Shown in pieces: positions 10,263 through 20,837 of a DNA stretch of 64,000 nt. The first letter of the stretch is position 1. The number at the start of each line of letters is the position of its first letter. The notes beneath the pieces are model-generated. The model saw nothing but the letters and a program-made list of their open reading frames with translations. It searched no databases and was not told where the DNA came from. The position numbers and the translations under genes were made by a program. The stretch comes from a bacterium (GTDB lineage: Bacteria; Fidelibacterota; Fidelibacteria; Fidelibacterales; Fidelibacteraceae). The DNA lies in NCBI GenBank assembly GCA_963676395.1, contig OY781066.1:800001-864000 (forward strand). The letters run 5' to 3'.

Positions 10263-10285
10263 GGGCTCCTTCGGGAGCCTTTTTT
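10263..10285 (+). terminator. Rho-independent terminator
   Basis: ggctcc-ttcg-ggagcc followed by a T-run. Confidence 0.85.
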
Positions 10286-10434
10286 ATTATTTAAAAATGA
10301 GCTGTTAATACAATTAACAGGAAAATAAATTTATTATGAAATTTTATGACGAAGGTCACATTCAATAAATATCTATTTCAATCTTCCTTAAAAATTCGTA
10401 TTTTTCAAGATGTTAAAAGGATAAAAAGGACTAC

Positions 10435-11175
10435 ATGAGCTATAAGATCCAATTGGACATATTTGAGGGCCCGGTCGACCTGCTCTTGTACTTTATCAAG
10501 CGCGACGAGATAAATATTTATGATATTCCCATCATGAAAGTTACGAAAGATTATCTTGAATATTTAGATATGATGACCACGCTCAATCTCCAGGTTGCCG
10601 GTGAATTCGTCGCTATGGCCGCCATGTTAATGCGCATTAAAGCAAAAATGCTTATTCCCCGCATCAAAGAAGGTATCGAGAACGAAGAGATCGAAGATCC
10701 TCGCAATGAATTGGTTCAGCGACTTCTTGAATACCAATACTTTAAAGAAATTGGCGGCGAGTTACAGCAATTGGAAAGCAAACATGCCGGAGAATTTAGA
10801 CGTAAGCCCAATTGGAATTATATTGATCATGATATCATGCCCGAAGATGCGCTATCTCATATTTCTCTTTTTGATATCTTAAATGCCTATAAGCAAGCAC
10901 TTGAACGCATGCCTAAAGATGCGAACCCTCATGAAGTTGAGCAAGAAAGTGCCAATATTGCCGATCAGGTTGATTTTATTTATTCTCATCTGCATAAATC
11001 ACCGCGCGTGAATTTTTCTACTCTGGTTAAGGAGATTAAAACCAAGGTCACATTAATTGTTACGGTAATCGCACTTCTTGATATGATGAAAAACAGAATG
11101 GTGAGAGTGCTTCAGGCAACAACCTTTGATGATTTTATTATTGAACAACGTGAACCCGGAGACGAAAGTGCCTAA
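10435..11175 (+). CDS. scpA: Segregation/condensation protein A (kleisin)
   Basis: FEGPVDLLLYFI, DPRNELVQRLLEY. Confidence 0.95.
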   Translation: MSYKIQLDIFEGPVDLLLYFIKRDEINIYDIPIMKVTKDYLEYLDMMTTLNLQVAGEFVAMAAMLMRIKAKMLIPRIKEGIENEEIEDPRNELVQRLLEYQYFKEIGGELQQLESKHAGEFRRKPNWNYIDHDIMPEDALSHISLFDILNAYKQALERMPKDANPHEVEQESANIADQVDFIYSHLHKSPRVNFSTLVKEIKTKVTLIVTVIALLDMMKNRMVRVLQATTFDDFIIEQREPGDESA

Positions 11176-11830
11176 TCATACAACAATGCTCGACATGCAA
11201 TTAGTAGAGGCTCTTCTTATTGCAACAGATGTTCCGCTAACCGCTGAACGACTGAATGAAAGTACCGATGAAGGTCATCGCATTGATCTTGACGCTACCG
11301 TTGAAGCCTTGAACGAACGTTACCAAGCCAATCAACATGCTTTTCATATCATGAAAGTCGGTAAAGGTTACCAGATCGTAACCAATAACACATACGAAAT
11401 CGTGGTTAGAAATTATATCAATCGCAATGTCCGGACTCGCCTAACCTACGCCGCACTTGAAACTCTGGCTGTTATTGCTTACAAACAACCGATATCAAAA
11501 CCCGAGATCGAAAGAGTCCGCGGCGTTAATTGTTCAGGTGTGCTTTCAACCCTTCTCGAAAGAGAGTTGATCACCGTTTCGGGTCGTTCCGAAGCGCCGG
11601 GCCGCCCTTTACTCTATTCTACTACCGATGAATTCTTAAGATATTTTGGATTGGCCAGTCCTTCGGACCTCCCAAGAACTCGTGAATTGGATGAATTATT
11701 CCGCTCACAAGAGAACGAACCTCAATCTTTGGAAGAAACAAAAACCCAGGATCCCGACCCGGCTGACGCTGAAATGAAAGATAAAGAACAAGACCTGACT
11801 CAGGAAAAGAACAATGCTCCGGAAGCTTAG
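11168..11830 (+). CDS. scpB: Segregation/condensation protein B
   Basis: AALETLAVIAYKQP, IERVRGV, GRPLLYSTTDEFLRYFGL. Likely GTG start overlapping the scpA stop. Confidence 0.95.
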   Translation: MPNHTTMLDMQLVEALLIATDVPLTAERLNESTDEGHRIDLDATVEALNERYQANQHAFHIMKVGKGYQIVTNNTYEIVVRNYINRNVRTRLTYAALETLAVIAYKQPISKPEIERVRGVNCSGVLSTLLERELITVSGRSEAPGRPLLYSTTDEFLRYFGLASPSDLPRTRELDELFRSQENEPQSLEETKTQDPDPADAEMKDKEQDLTQEKNNAPEA

Positions 11831-13520
11831 CGTAAACAATATCGCAATCATAAAAGAAATCGAAGTTAAACTCGGTAAAGGTCTCACTATGCTCACCGGT
11901 GAAACAGGTACAGGAAAATCAATTATTATTGATGCTCTTGGACTGGTACTGGGAAATCGTGCCGATTCATCCATGGTTCGTCACGGCAATGATAAATCGG
12001 TGGTCGAAGCGCATTTCGATACCCTGGCAATAAATCCGGAGGTCAAAAAAGCACTCGAAGATGCACAATTGGAGTATTCGGGCGGTGATATCATCATTCG
12101 TCGAGAAGTAAACGCTAAAGGAAAATCTCGCGCCTTTTTCAATGATGAGCTTATTCCCCTGGCAGCTTTAAAGGTCATCGGCGCTAATTTGGTAGAAATG
12201 CACGGCCAACATGAAAACCAGAAATTATTCAAACCTAAAAATCATTTACTCTACCTTGGAAAGTGTGTTACCGATCGTCAAAGTATTTTAGAGTATCGAG
12301 AATCATACCAATATTTCAAGCAACAACTACGCAGATATCAAGAATTGTTACAGCATCGCGACACCTACCTTCGTGAACGCGAGCTACGGGAATTTCATTA
12401 TAAAGAATTAAATGAGATCAAACCCAAATTCGGGGAATTCAATACCATTGAGAAAGAATTACAGCTACTTGAAAACAGCTCAAAACTTGCCGGTTCCGCC
12501 GATACTCTAGCACGTGCTTTATACGAAGATGATGATGCAATTATACATCAGATTGAGGTCTTAAAGCAAAGTATACAGGAAATCCTTCGCGTAGATGAAA
12601 AGCAGCAAGAAAGTTTTAAAGAATTGCAATCGGCTCTGATCTCACTCACTGAAGTCGGTCGCAATATGAGCGAATACCGCGACGGTATGGAACACGATCC
12701 TGAGAAATTATCATCACTACAGGACCGCATGGGGTCCATTAACTATCAGATGCGTAAACATAACATGGATTTCGATCAGCTTTGTGAATATTACGAACAA
12801 CTCAAAGATGAAATGAGTTCCGAGGCAGACTATGAAACCCGCCTGAATGCTCTTTCGAAAACACTTGAAAGTGCTCGAAATGATCTTACCCAAAAAGCCG
12901 TAACTTTTCATAACATTCTTGTAAAAACCGCAGAAAGTTTTTCACGGGATATTGAAGCTCGCTTACAACTTCTTGGTATGCCCAATGCAAAATTTCAGAT
13001 TCAGTTAAAACAAAAAGAGACCGAATCCCTATCATATATCCTCTTTGAAGGGAAGCAAATTGAGCCCGGTATCAATGGAATTGATGAGGTCGAATTTCTC
13101 ATCATTACCAACCCCGGGGATAATTTTAAACCACTTATCAAGATCGCGTCCGGTGGAGAGATCTCACGTATTATGCTTGCGATCAAATCCGTTCTTGCCG
13201 AACATGACGAGATGCCAACTCTGATTTTTGATGAGATCGACACAGGTATTTCCGGACGTGTTGCTCATGTTGTAGGCGAACAGATCCGGGAACTTGGCAA
13301 ACACCACCAGATATTATGTATTACCCACCTAGCACAAATCGCATCAATGGGTGAACGACATTTCCGTGTAGATAAAGAGGTCAAAGGTGATGAAACCTTT
13401 GCAAAGATCAAAGTACTAAGCACACAAGATAGAATCAAAGAGATAGCATATCTGGTCGGTGGTGAAAAACTATCCGAAGCCAGTCTTAAAACCGCAGAGG
13501 AGTTACTAAACCCCGCATGA
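11814..13520 (+). CDS. recN: DNA repair protein RecN
   Basis: TGETGTGKS Walker A, ASGGEISR signature, IFDEIDTG Walker B, CITHLAQIA. Confidence 0.96.
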   Translation: MLRKLSVNNIAIIKEIEVKLGKGLTMLTGETGTGKSIIIDALGLVLGNRADSSMVRHGNDKSVVEAHFDTLAINPEVKKALEDAQLEYSGGDIIIRREVNAKGKSRAFFNDELIPLAALKVIGANLVEMHGQHENQKLFKPKNHLLYLGKCVTDRQSILEYRESYQYFKQQLRRYQELLQHRDTYLRERELREFHYKELNEIKPKFGEFNTIEKELQLLENSSKLAGSADTLARALYEDDDAIIHQIEVLKQSIQEILRVDEKQQESFKELQSALISLTEVGRNMSEYRDGMEHDPEKLSSLQDRMGSINYQMRKHNMDFDQLCEYYEQLKDEMSSEADYETRLNALSKTLESARNDLTQKAVTFHNILVKTAESFSRDIEARLQLLGMPNAKFQIQLKQKETESLSYILFEGKQIEPGINGIDEVEFLIITNPGDNFKPLIKIASGGEISRIMLAIKSVLAEHDEMPTLIFDEIDTGISGRVAHVVGEQIRELGKHHQILCITHLAQIASMGERHFRVDKEVKGDETFAKIKVLSTQDRIKEIAYLVGGEKLSEASLKTAEELLNPA

Positions 13521-14686
13521 TCTACGAACTTATTGCACAAGACACCATTGCTAAAAGATTTCAAGGACTGATTAACTCAGGCCGTATTGGATCAGCTTAT
13601 TTATTTTCCGGTCCCGAAGGTGCAGGCAAAGCAGCCATGGCACTTAATTTATCTGCCAATTTACTCTGCCAAACACCCAAAGATGGTTTAGCTTGCGGTG
13701 AATGCGCCTCCTGTAAAAAAATGAAAAGCATGAATCATCCCGATATGCATTTTATCCATATTATGCCCAAAGCAAAATCACCTTCTAATACAGACCCTTA
13801 TGCCGGTTTAAGCGAGGCAGACTATGAAAGTATTCGGCACGAGCGTGCCGAACTGGGAAAAGACCCCTACAAAGGCATTAATATCCCGGGTGCAAAACAA
13901 ATACTTATCTCGCAAATGCGTCATATAAAAAAAGAACTGGCAATGAAACCCACTGAAGGTGGACGGCAAGTCGTATTAATTCTAGAAGCGCAGTTGGCAA
14001 ACACCGAATCTTTCAATTCACTGTTAAAAGTACTAGAAGAACCGCCTCCGATGACCACGTTTATACTTACAGCATCATCATTAGAACTGGTGCCCTCAAC
14101 TATTCGATCTCGCTGTCAGAATGTTAAATTCAATCCGGTGCCTGACCTTAAGCTTGTAGAATACCTAATCTCTAAAGGACTTGATGATTCTAATGCCCAA
14201 CGCGTTGCCCGCTTATCGGGTGGTAACGTTAAGCAAGCCAAACTGCTAATGGAGGCAGATTTTTCTAAAGTTGACTCAACCATTCTTGATTTTTGGCGCA
14301 TCATGATGGCAGGCAAGATTAACGGACAATGGGCAACTCATGCCGACATCGGAATATTAATCGATGAGTATACGGCTATGGCAAAAGCTGATCCTTCGGG
14401 CTTTGCCAATCTTATGCGATTTATGGCATTTTGGCTAAGGGATGCTCAGTTATTTGATGCCACAGGCACTCAAGATCAACTGATCAACACTCACCTTATC
14501 AAAGAATTGACTTCTTTTGTGAAATTCTATCCGGGTTTCCCCTATTACGAAACCATAAGAAAAATAGAGAATATCATTCGTGATGTAAAAATGAACTTAT
14601 ATATCCCCGCTTTACTGGCAGATCTTTTTCTTGAGATAAGACATCAATTGCTGGAAAGCAGAAAGGCAGCAAATGCGACTAAATAA
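13517..14686 (+). CDS. holB: DNA polymerase III delta-prime subunit
   Basis: AYLFSGPEGAGK, zinc module C..CGECASC, HPD, LLKVLEEPP, TIRSRC. Confidence 0.9.
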   Translation: MIYELIAQDTIAKRFQGLINSGRIGSAYLFSGPEGAGKAAMALNLSANLLCQTPKDGLACGECASCKKMKSMNHPDMHFIHIMPKAKSPSNTDPYAGLSEADYESIRHERAELGKDPYKGINIPGAKQILISQMRHIKKELAMKPTEGGRQVVLILEAQLANTESFNSLLKVLEEPPPMTTFILTASSLELVPSTIRSRCQNVKFNPVPDLKLVEYLISKGLDDSNAQRVARLSGGNVKQAKLLMEADFSKVDSTILDFWRIMMAGKINGQWATHADIGILIDEYTAMAKADPSGFANLMRFMAFWLRDAQLFDATGTQDQLINTHLIKELTSFVKFYPGFPYYETIRKIENIIRDVKMNLYIPALLADLFLEIRHQLLESRKAANATK

Positions 14687-15380
14687 ATTCCTGGCCCACT
14701 GCGGAGTGGATTCCAGACGAAACTGTGATGAACTGATCTTTGAAGGCCGCGTTCAGGTGGATGGTGAAACCTTTACTAACCCCGGTGCACAAGTCGATGA
14801 AAATTTTTCCGAAATTCGCGTTGACGGCGAGATTGTAAAACTCAAAAACAATTACACATACCTCAAACTACATAAACCCAAAGGTTACGTTACCTCAAGA
14901 TCTGATCCACATAATCCCTTAACGGTTATGCAACTTCTTCCGAATGTGCTTTCGGTTGTCCCCGTAGGCAGATTAGACAAAGATACAACCGGTGTATTGC
15001 TATTCACCGATGATGGTGACCTTAATTACAAACTTACTCACCCAAAACACGGTGTAGAAAAAGAATACGAGGTCATCTTAAAAAATGAACCCGATGAAGG
15101 TTTGGAGAGCGAATTGCCAAAAGGTATTATGCTTGATGACAATGGGGAACGCGTTAAAGGTCATGCCGAGGCACTGGATCGTAAACGCATGCATTTTAAA
15201 GTTGTGTTAAAAGAAGGCAAGAAACGTGAAGTAAAGCGTATTTTCAGACATTATAATTCTCGTGTCACTCGTTTGCATCGCAATACATTTGCCGGCATTA
15301 CAGCCAACGAATTGGCACCCGGAAAATGGAAAAGACTAACGGCTAAAGAGGTTGATACCTTGAAAAAATTGGTAACATAA
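14673..15380 (+). CDS. rluB: rRNA pseudouridine synthase (RluB/RsuA family)
   Basis: N-terminal S4 domain MRLNKFLA; catalytic GRLD motif; HKPKG. Confidence 0.88.
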   Translation: MRLNKFLAHCGVDSRRNCDELIFEGRVQVDGETFTNPGAQVDENFSEIRVDGEIVKLKNNYTYLKLHKPKGYVTSRSDPHNPLTVMQLLPNVLSVVPVGRLDKDTTGVLLFTDDGDLNYKLTHPKHGVEKEYEVILKNEPDEGLESELPKGIMLDDNGERVKGHAEALDRKRMHFKVVLKEGKKREVKRIFRHYNSRVTRLHRNTFAGITANELAPGKWKRLTAKEVDTLKKLVT

Positions 15381-15407
15381 TATCTATCGAATGTAGTGTG
15401 ATATTCT

Positions 15408-15436
15408 AGGGGCGATTTCTTAATCGCCCTTTTTTA
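15408..15436 (+). terminator. Terminator hairpin (GTAG-REP-like sequence)
   Basis: agggggcgatttcttaatcgcccttttttt directly after rluB. Confidence 0.75.
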
Positions 15437-15475
15437 TTTGACCGGAATAATTTCCCAAAAATATAGAATAATAAT

Positions 15476-15503
15476 ATAGGGGCACAAAATAATGCGCCCC
15501 TAC
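15476..15503. repeat. GTAG-family REP-like palindrome
   Basis: ataggggcacaaaataatgcgcccctac between convergent genes. Confidence 0.55.
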
Positions 15504-15526
15504 ACTTTCATAAACAATCATTATAT

Positions 15527-16054
15527 TTATTCTATGATCAATCCTGCCAAATTCAACATCGTCTCTACGGCTTTCTTATAATCACCTACCGGTTCAATAA
15601 GAGCTGTATAAAACACATCGAATTTTCCGCTTTTTAAACCTATGCTCATTTTTCGGCTTCGCGATCCGGTGATATAGGCCGAAAGAGTATCCGGTTCGGG
15701 TGATAGATCTATTGTTACATCATATTTTGCAGAAATATGCTCTAAATAGACATCTTTCACAGGGAAGGGTTTTTTCAAATTAACCGGATACCGAAGCACT
15801 TCAACTCGATCAATATCTGTTACATTTTCCTGTCCACCGACAATAAGCGTTACATCAATATCGTTGTTCTTAATTCTATTTACACAATCTAACGCCGATT
15901 TAAAATGCTTGTGATTCCGAGGCATGCAAATACATACAGACCTTATACTGTTCACCTGTTCTTGCATAGACACAGGCTTGGAAAATGATAGTACTTTCTT
16001 TTGTTGTTTCAATAAAAACAACCATAGATCGAATTGTTGTTTTTCCAGGATCAT
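15527..16054 (-). CDS. Hypothetical protein (possible GT9-like Rossmann half-domain)
   Basis: 175-aa ORF whose start overlaps the hslU stop; the YDVTIDLS...SIG pattern is only weakly suggestive. Confidence 0.55.
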   Translation of the reverse strand: MILEKQQFDLWLFLLKQQKKVLSFSKPVSMQEQVNSIRSVCICMPRNHKHFKSALDCVNRIKNNDIDVTLIVGGQENVTDIDRVEVLRYPVNLKKPFPVKDVYLEHISAKYDVTIDLSPEPDTLSAYITGSRSRKMSIGLKSGKFDVFYTALIEPVGDYKKAVETMLNLAGLIIE

Positions 16055-17421
16055 TACAAAATATACCTACTTAAGTCGTCATCCGTGACAATATTTTCAA
16101 GTGATTTCTCAACATCCTCGGATGTAACAGTAATTTTCTCCCGACCATCGGGAGCATTGAACATGATATCATCAAGAATTTGGGTCATGATGGTATGCAA
16201 ACGACGTGCACCGATATTTTCGGTTTTATCATTTACTTCCGTAGCCTTTGCAGCAATTTCATGAATTGCATCTTCTTCGAAAATCAGTTCAACATTTTCC
16301 GAACCCAACAAAGCTTGATACTGTTTGATCAAAGCATTTTGCGGACGCGTTAAGATCTGTACGAAATCATCAGTGCTCAAGCTATCCAATTCCACACGGA
16401 TCGGAAAACGTCCCTGAAGTTCAGGAATAAGATCCGATGGTTTAGCAGTATGAAATGCGCCGGAAGCAATAAATAGAATATGATCCGTTTTAACAAAACC
16501 GTAACGAGTTTTAACCGTAGACCCTTCCACAATTGGAAGCAGATCACGCTGTACACCCTGACGGCTTACATCGGCACCTTTACTTTCAGTGGAAATAGCG
16601 ATCTTATCGATCTCATCAATGAATACAATACCATGATGTTGTACACGATCGATCGCTTCTTCCTGCACCTTGGTTTTATCAACCAGTTTTTGAGCTTCTT
16701 CATCAACCAATAATTTCCGGGCTTCAGGCACCTTAACTTTTCTCTTTTTCGGTCCTTTTTTCTTACCACCAAAAAGATTCCCCATAGCTTCATTAAGAAA
16801 ATCACCCGTTTCACCGTCCATCATATCACCTCCCATGCCTTCCATGGGCCCCATGATAGATATACCGGCTATGCTGGGAGATTTAGGTTTGACGTCGATA
16901 TCAACATAACGATCATCAAATTTACCTTCAAGGTACATCGCTTTTAAACGATCGCGGGTTTTATCAATGCGCTCAACTTCATCTTCATCTAGTTTTTCTT
17001 TTTTCTCAACAGGAAAAAGCAGATCCATCAAACGAGCATCTGCCAGTTCTTCTGCACGCTGCTTTACCATTTCCTCGTGTTCTTTTTCAACCATATCCAC
17101 GGCCATATAAGTCAGATCACGAATGATGGATTCTACATCTCGACCGACATAACCGACCTCGGTGAATTTAGTGGCTTCAACCTTAATAAAAGGTGAATCC
17201 GCCAATGCTGCCAGGCGGCGGGCAATTTCTGTTTTACCTACACCGGTCGGGCCTATCATAATAATATTATTAGGTGATATTTCGTTGCGAATGGATTCAT
17301 CGGCCTGCTGGCGACGCCAGCGGTTTCGCAAAGCGATAGCAACAGAGCGTTTCGCTTTATTTTGACCGATCACATAACGATCCAGTTCTTCAACAATTTC
17401 TTTAGGTGTCATTGATCTCAT
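16054..17421 (-). CDS. hslU: ATP-dependent protease ATPase subunit HslU
   Basis: [41 protein letters not shown]. Confidence 0.98.
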   Translation of the reverse strand: MRSMTPKEIVEELDRYVIGQNKAKRSVAIALRNRWRRQQADESIRNEISPNNIIMIGPTGVGKTEIARRLAALADSPFIKVEATKFTEVGYVGRDVESIIRDLTYMAVDMVEKEHEEMVKQRAEELADARLMDLLFPVEKKEKLDEDEVERIDKTRDRLKAMYLEGKFDDRYVDIDVKPKSPSIAGISIMGPMEGMGGDMMDGETGDFLNEAMGNLFGGKKKGPKKRKVKVPEARKLLVDEEAQKLVDKTKVQEEAIDRVQHHGIVFIDEIDKIAISTESKGADVSRQGVQRDLLPIVEGSTVKTRYGFVKTDHILFIASGAFHTAKPSDLIPELQGRFPIRVELDSLSTDDFVQILTRPQNALIKQYQALLGSENVELIFEEDAIHEIAAKATEVNDKTENIGARRLHTIMTQILDDIMFNAPDGREKITVTSEDVEKSLENIVTDDDLSRYIL

Positions 17422-17963
17422 TTATCTAACTCCAGAACTGTAATGTTATCGTTTGTATATATGCAGATGGACCCGGCGATCTCCAGACTTTTCCTAGCGA
17501 TCTCGGCCGCACTCAATTCGGTATTTTCAAGCAAACCACGAGCAGCCGCCAGAGCAAAAGAACCACCCGAGCCGATGGCATAGAGATCATCGTCGGAATC
17601 GATCACATCTCCGCTTCCGCTAAGGATGTAACCTTTTTCGTTATCCATCACAATTAAAAGAGCTTCAAGTTTTTGCAAGTATTTATCCCGGCGCCATTCC
17701 TTGGTCATTTCAACCGCCGCACGAGTTAAGTCACCCTTATACTCTTTAATCTTATTTTCAAATTTTTCAAAAAGAGAAAAAGCATCAGCCGTGGCACCGG
17801 CAAAACCTGCCAGCACTTTTTCACCATAGAGCTTTCTCACTTTTACAGTCTTCGCTTTCATGACCGTATTTCCCAGGGTCACCTGTCCATCGCCTGCAAT
17901 CGCGGCTTTACCATTTCGGTGAACCCCCAATATCGTTGTACCATAGATCGTATCCATGTTCAA
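17418..17963 (-). CDS. hslV: ATP-dependent protease peptidase subunit HslV
   Basis: GTTIL N-terminal Thr nucleophile, [19 protein letters not shown]. Confidence 0.98.
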   Translation of the reverse strand: MNMDTIYGTTILGVHRNGKAAIAGDGQVTLGNTVMKAKTVKVRKLYGEKVLAGFAGATADAFSLFEKFENKIKEYKGDLTRAAVEMTKEWRRDKYLQKLEALLIVMDNEKGYILSGSGDVIDSDDDLYAIGSGGSFALAAARGLLENTELSAAEIARKSLEIAGSICIYTNDNITVLELDK

Positions 17964-17969
17964 TTCCTT

Positions 17970-19298
17970 TTATGTTTTACGCCGTTCGCGTGAGCCGAGA
18001 ATCCCCATTTTTTCCCGATACTTTGCAACCGTTCGGCGCGCAATGTTATATCCCTTCTCCGTCAAAGCGAGTTGCAATGCTTCATCGCTCAGCGGCTTAG
18101 TTTTGTCCTCACTCTCAATGATCTTCATCAGATCCCCTTCAAGGTCTCTGGTCGAGGCCTCCATCCCGTCACTGCGCTCAGTCTTCTCACTAAAGTAATA
18201 ACGCAGTTCATAATTGCCTGTGGGTGTTTGCATATATTTACCATTCACCACCCTTGATACTGTCGAGATATCCAATCCGGTATCTTCTGCGATATCTTTC
18301 ATGACCATGGGCAAAGGATGTTCCCGCTTTCCGGAAAGATAGTCTTGTTGCCTGCGCACAATTGCCGAAGCAATAGCGATCATGGACTGCTTGCGCTGCT
18401 CGATGGCCTTGATAAACCATTCTGCAGCCTGCTTATGATTACTTAAATAACTTTTTGTGTTTTTGTCAATATCTTTTGTATTTATCATGGATAAATATGT
18501 ATCCGACAAGCGAATGCCGGGTGTTCCACTCTCGATCAAAGCAACAAAATAATGACCATCTTTATGCCTTAACACGAGGTCCGGTACGATCGTCTTTTTC
18601 ATAAAATCATCATGTCCGGCGGCCGGTCGAGGATTCAGTTTTGCGATCTGCTCTTCAGCGTAAGCCATATCCTCTTCACTCAATTCAAGCTTATCACAAA
18701 CTTTATCAATCTCCCCATTCATATAATCTTCGAAACATTCTTCAATGATCTCAATCACATAAGGTTCTTCGTAATTTGCTTTCAACTGCAAGAGCATGCA
18801 TTCTTTCAAATCACGTGCTCCTACGCCGGGAGGCGCCAGTTTTTGGATCTGAAACAATACAGATTCCGCTTTTTTCGGTTCCACCGAAAGCTTATATGCG
18901 ATGTTCGTAATGGGTGTTGGTAAAAAACCATCTTCATCCAATGAACCGATGATCTCCTCGGCTATCATGATCTCTTCATCGTTTAGGCCTGATTCCTTGA
19001 TTTGCTTCAACAATCTCTCAAAGAAATCAAGTTCTTCGGCCTGAGTAACCTCTATCACATCCAATGCCGAATTTCGTGGAGCGGAGATATGTGATGTTTC
19101 ATCAGCCCAGTCGGTCGATTGTCCTTGAGTTTCAGCATTCGCGGGAGCGGTATCATCAAGTTCTAAAAGGGGATTTTTTTCTATTTCTTCAAGAATAGCT
19201 TTCTCAATATCTGATTGGGATAACTGTACCAATCGAGCCACCATGAGCTGCATGGGTACCAATTTTTGTAACTGTTGTTGAGATAAGCGCTGTTTCAT
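17970..19298 (-). CDS. rpoN: RNA polymerase sigma-54 factor
   Basis: Gln/Leu-rich region I, STVSRV HTH and the RpoN box ARRTVAKYRE. Confidence 0.97.
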   Translation of the reverse strand: MKQRLSQQQLQKLVPMQLMVARLVQLSQSDIEKAILEEIEKNPLLELDDTAPANAETQGQSTDWADETSHISAPRNSALDVIEVTQAEELDFFERLLKQIKESGLNDEEIMIAEEIIGSLDEDGFLPTPITNIAYKLSVEPKKAESVLFQIQKLAPPGVGARDLKECMLLQLKANYEEPYVIEIIEECFEDYMNGEIDKVCDKLELSEEDMAYAEEQIAKLNPRPAAGHDDFMKKTIVPDLVLRHKDGHYFVALIESGTPGIRLSDTYLSMINTKDIDKNTKSYLSNHKQAAEWFIKAIEQRKQSMIAIASAIVRRQQDYLSGKREHPLPMVMKDIAEDTGLDISTVSRVVNGKYMQTPTGNYELRYYFSEKTERSDGMEASTRDLEGDLMKIIESEDKTKPLSDEALQLALTEKGYNIARRTVAKYREKMGILGSRERRKT

Positions 19299-19306
19299 GA
19301 TCGATA

Positions 19307-20035
19307 CTAACGGTCCAGCTTGAACTTAGCTCCAAGATAGAGCCGTCTAGCCTCCGGGTCGTTCGCAAGAAATTCAGCCGTACCTGCATTGAGGATATTC
19401 CCCTGATACAGCAGATAGGAGTGGTCGGTGATCGAAAGTGTTTCGTGCACATTGTGGTCGGTAATAATCACACCGATACCACGATCTTTCAGGCGTACAA
19501 CCATTTCTTGAATATCTTCCACGGCAATTGGGTCAATACCCGCAAACGGTTCATCAAGAAGTATAAATTTAGGATTGGTAGCTAACGCACGTGCGATCTC
19601 TGTCCTCCGGCGCTCACCGCCGCTAAGGGTAAAACCTTTACCTTTGCGCACATGTTCCAACTTAAACTCTTCTATAAGGGAATCGATCTTCTCGCGAATG
19701 ACTTTTTTGTCTTTGTAATACATTTCTAAAACAAGACGAAGATTATCCTCTACAGATAATTTTCTAAACACAGAGGCTTCCTGGGCAAGATAACCGATAC
19801 CTTTTTGTGCACGCTTGTACATAGGCAGATGAGTAATATCTTCGTCGTCAAGATAGATATGTCCCTGATTCGGCCGAACCATTCCGGTGATCATATAAAA
19901 AGATGTGGTTTTCCCGGCACCATTAGGACCGAGGAGACCAACAACTTCACCGGTTTTTGCCTTAATATCAACCTCGTTCACCACTCTGCGGCGACCATAG
20001 ATCTTTATCAGTTTCTCGGCACGTAAAATTGACAT
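19307..20035 (-). CDS. lptB: LPS export ABC transporter ATPase
   Basis: GPNGAGKTT, LSGGERRR, LDEPFAGIDP, ITDHNV; upstream of rpoN as is typical. Confidence 0.96.
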   Translation of the reverse strand: MSILRAEKLIKIYGRRRVVNEVDIKAKTGEVVGLLGPNGAGKTTSFYMITGMVRPNQGHIYLDDEDITHLPMYKRAQKGIGYLAQEASVFRKLSVEDNLRLVLEMYYKDKKVIREKIDSLIEEFKLEHVRKGKGFTLSGGERRRTEIARALATNPKFILLDEPFAGIDPIAVEDIQEMVVRLKDRGIGVIITDHNVHETLSITDHSYLLYQGNILNAGTAEFLANDPEARRLYLGAKFKLDR

Positions 20036-20152
20036 TTTCTTTCCTATTCATACATTATCAATAAATGCAACCAATAAAAATACAATGTTTGGCTGGGGAA
20101 TAAAACTCTTTTATTGGGATTGTGACGAGTGTCACTTTTCAGTGAATGGTTA

Positions 20153-20215
20153 AACCGAGTCGGTTGTGAATCAAGTGAACCGAGTCGGTTGGGAATCAGG
20201 TGAACCGAGTCGGTT
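20153..20215. repeat. Three copies of the palindrome AACCGAGTCGGTT at a 25-bp period
   Basis: Exact copies at 20153, 20178 and 20203, with 12-nt spacers gtgaatcaagtg and gggaatcaggtg. Confidence 0.9.
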
Positions 20216-20242
20216 AAATTTAGTAAACGGTATTATATGAAA

Positions 20243-20794
20243 TCATTCGTCAAATTCCCGCACGGTTTTACCGAGAGGATTAAAGATGGTCCAATTCTCA
20301 AATTCAGTATCTGAGATAAAATCTGTACCGTAAAGCGTATCTTCTTTAGAAAATATTTGAATGGCTCCATTGGTATAAACTTTATTGCTATCCGAGATAT
20401 AGAACAATGAATCGGCATAAGCAATAAATCCACTATCGGACACCATAATGACATTTCCGATTGCAACGATCTTATCTGTAACTTCATTCACGAGTCCGCT
20501 ATCTGCTGTCAAATAAGATTCATGTAAACCATCTTCGCTATAGAAATCAATACGCATACTATCGGAGATAATCATATCGTTAGAATTTTGATATTGCACG
20601 ATATGTGAAGCATAAATCTTTGAATCAACTTTTTCACCTCGTGTTACAGTAATCTTTGCATTCCAGATTTCCTGATCAGGGACTTTTCCTTCCAGAAAAG
20701 TTGTATAATCACCGGTTTTGGTACAAGCGATTTGCCATAGCGCGAGGAAAGCACAAAGAATCAGATATATTTTTCGAGTAGTAAATTTAAACAT
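20243..20794 (-). CDS. lptC: LPS export protein LptC
   Basis: N-terminal anchor followed by beta-jellyroll repeats (SYLTADSG, AIGNVIMVSDSG, VYTNGAIQI); located in the kdsC-lptC-lptB context. Confidence 0.8.
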   Translation of the reverse strand: MFKFTTRKIYLILCAFLALWQIACTKTGDYTTFLEGKVPDQEIWNAKITVTRGEKVDSKIYASHIVQYQNSNDMIISDSMRIDFYSEDGLHESYLTADSGLVNEVTDKIVAIGNVIMVSDSGFIAYADSLFYISDSNKVYTNGAIQIFSKEDTLYGTDFISDTEFENWTIFNPLGKTVREFDE

Positions 20795-20837
20795 GAAGTA
20801 ATTTACGTACTGCAGGGTAAAAGACAAAAGTTAATTT

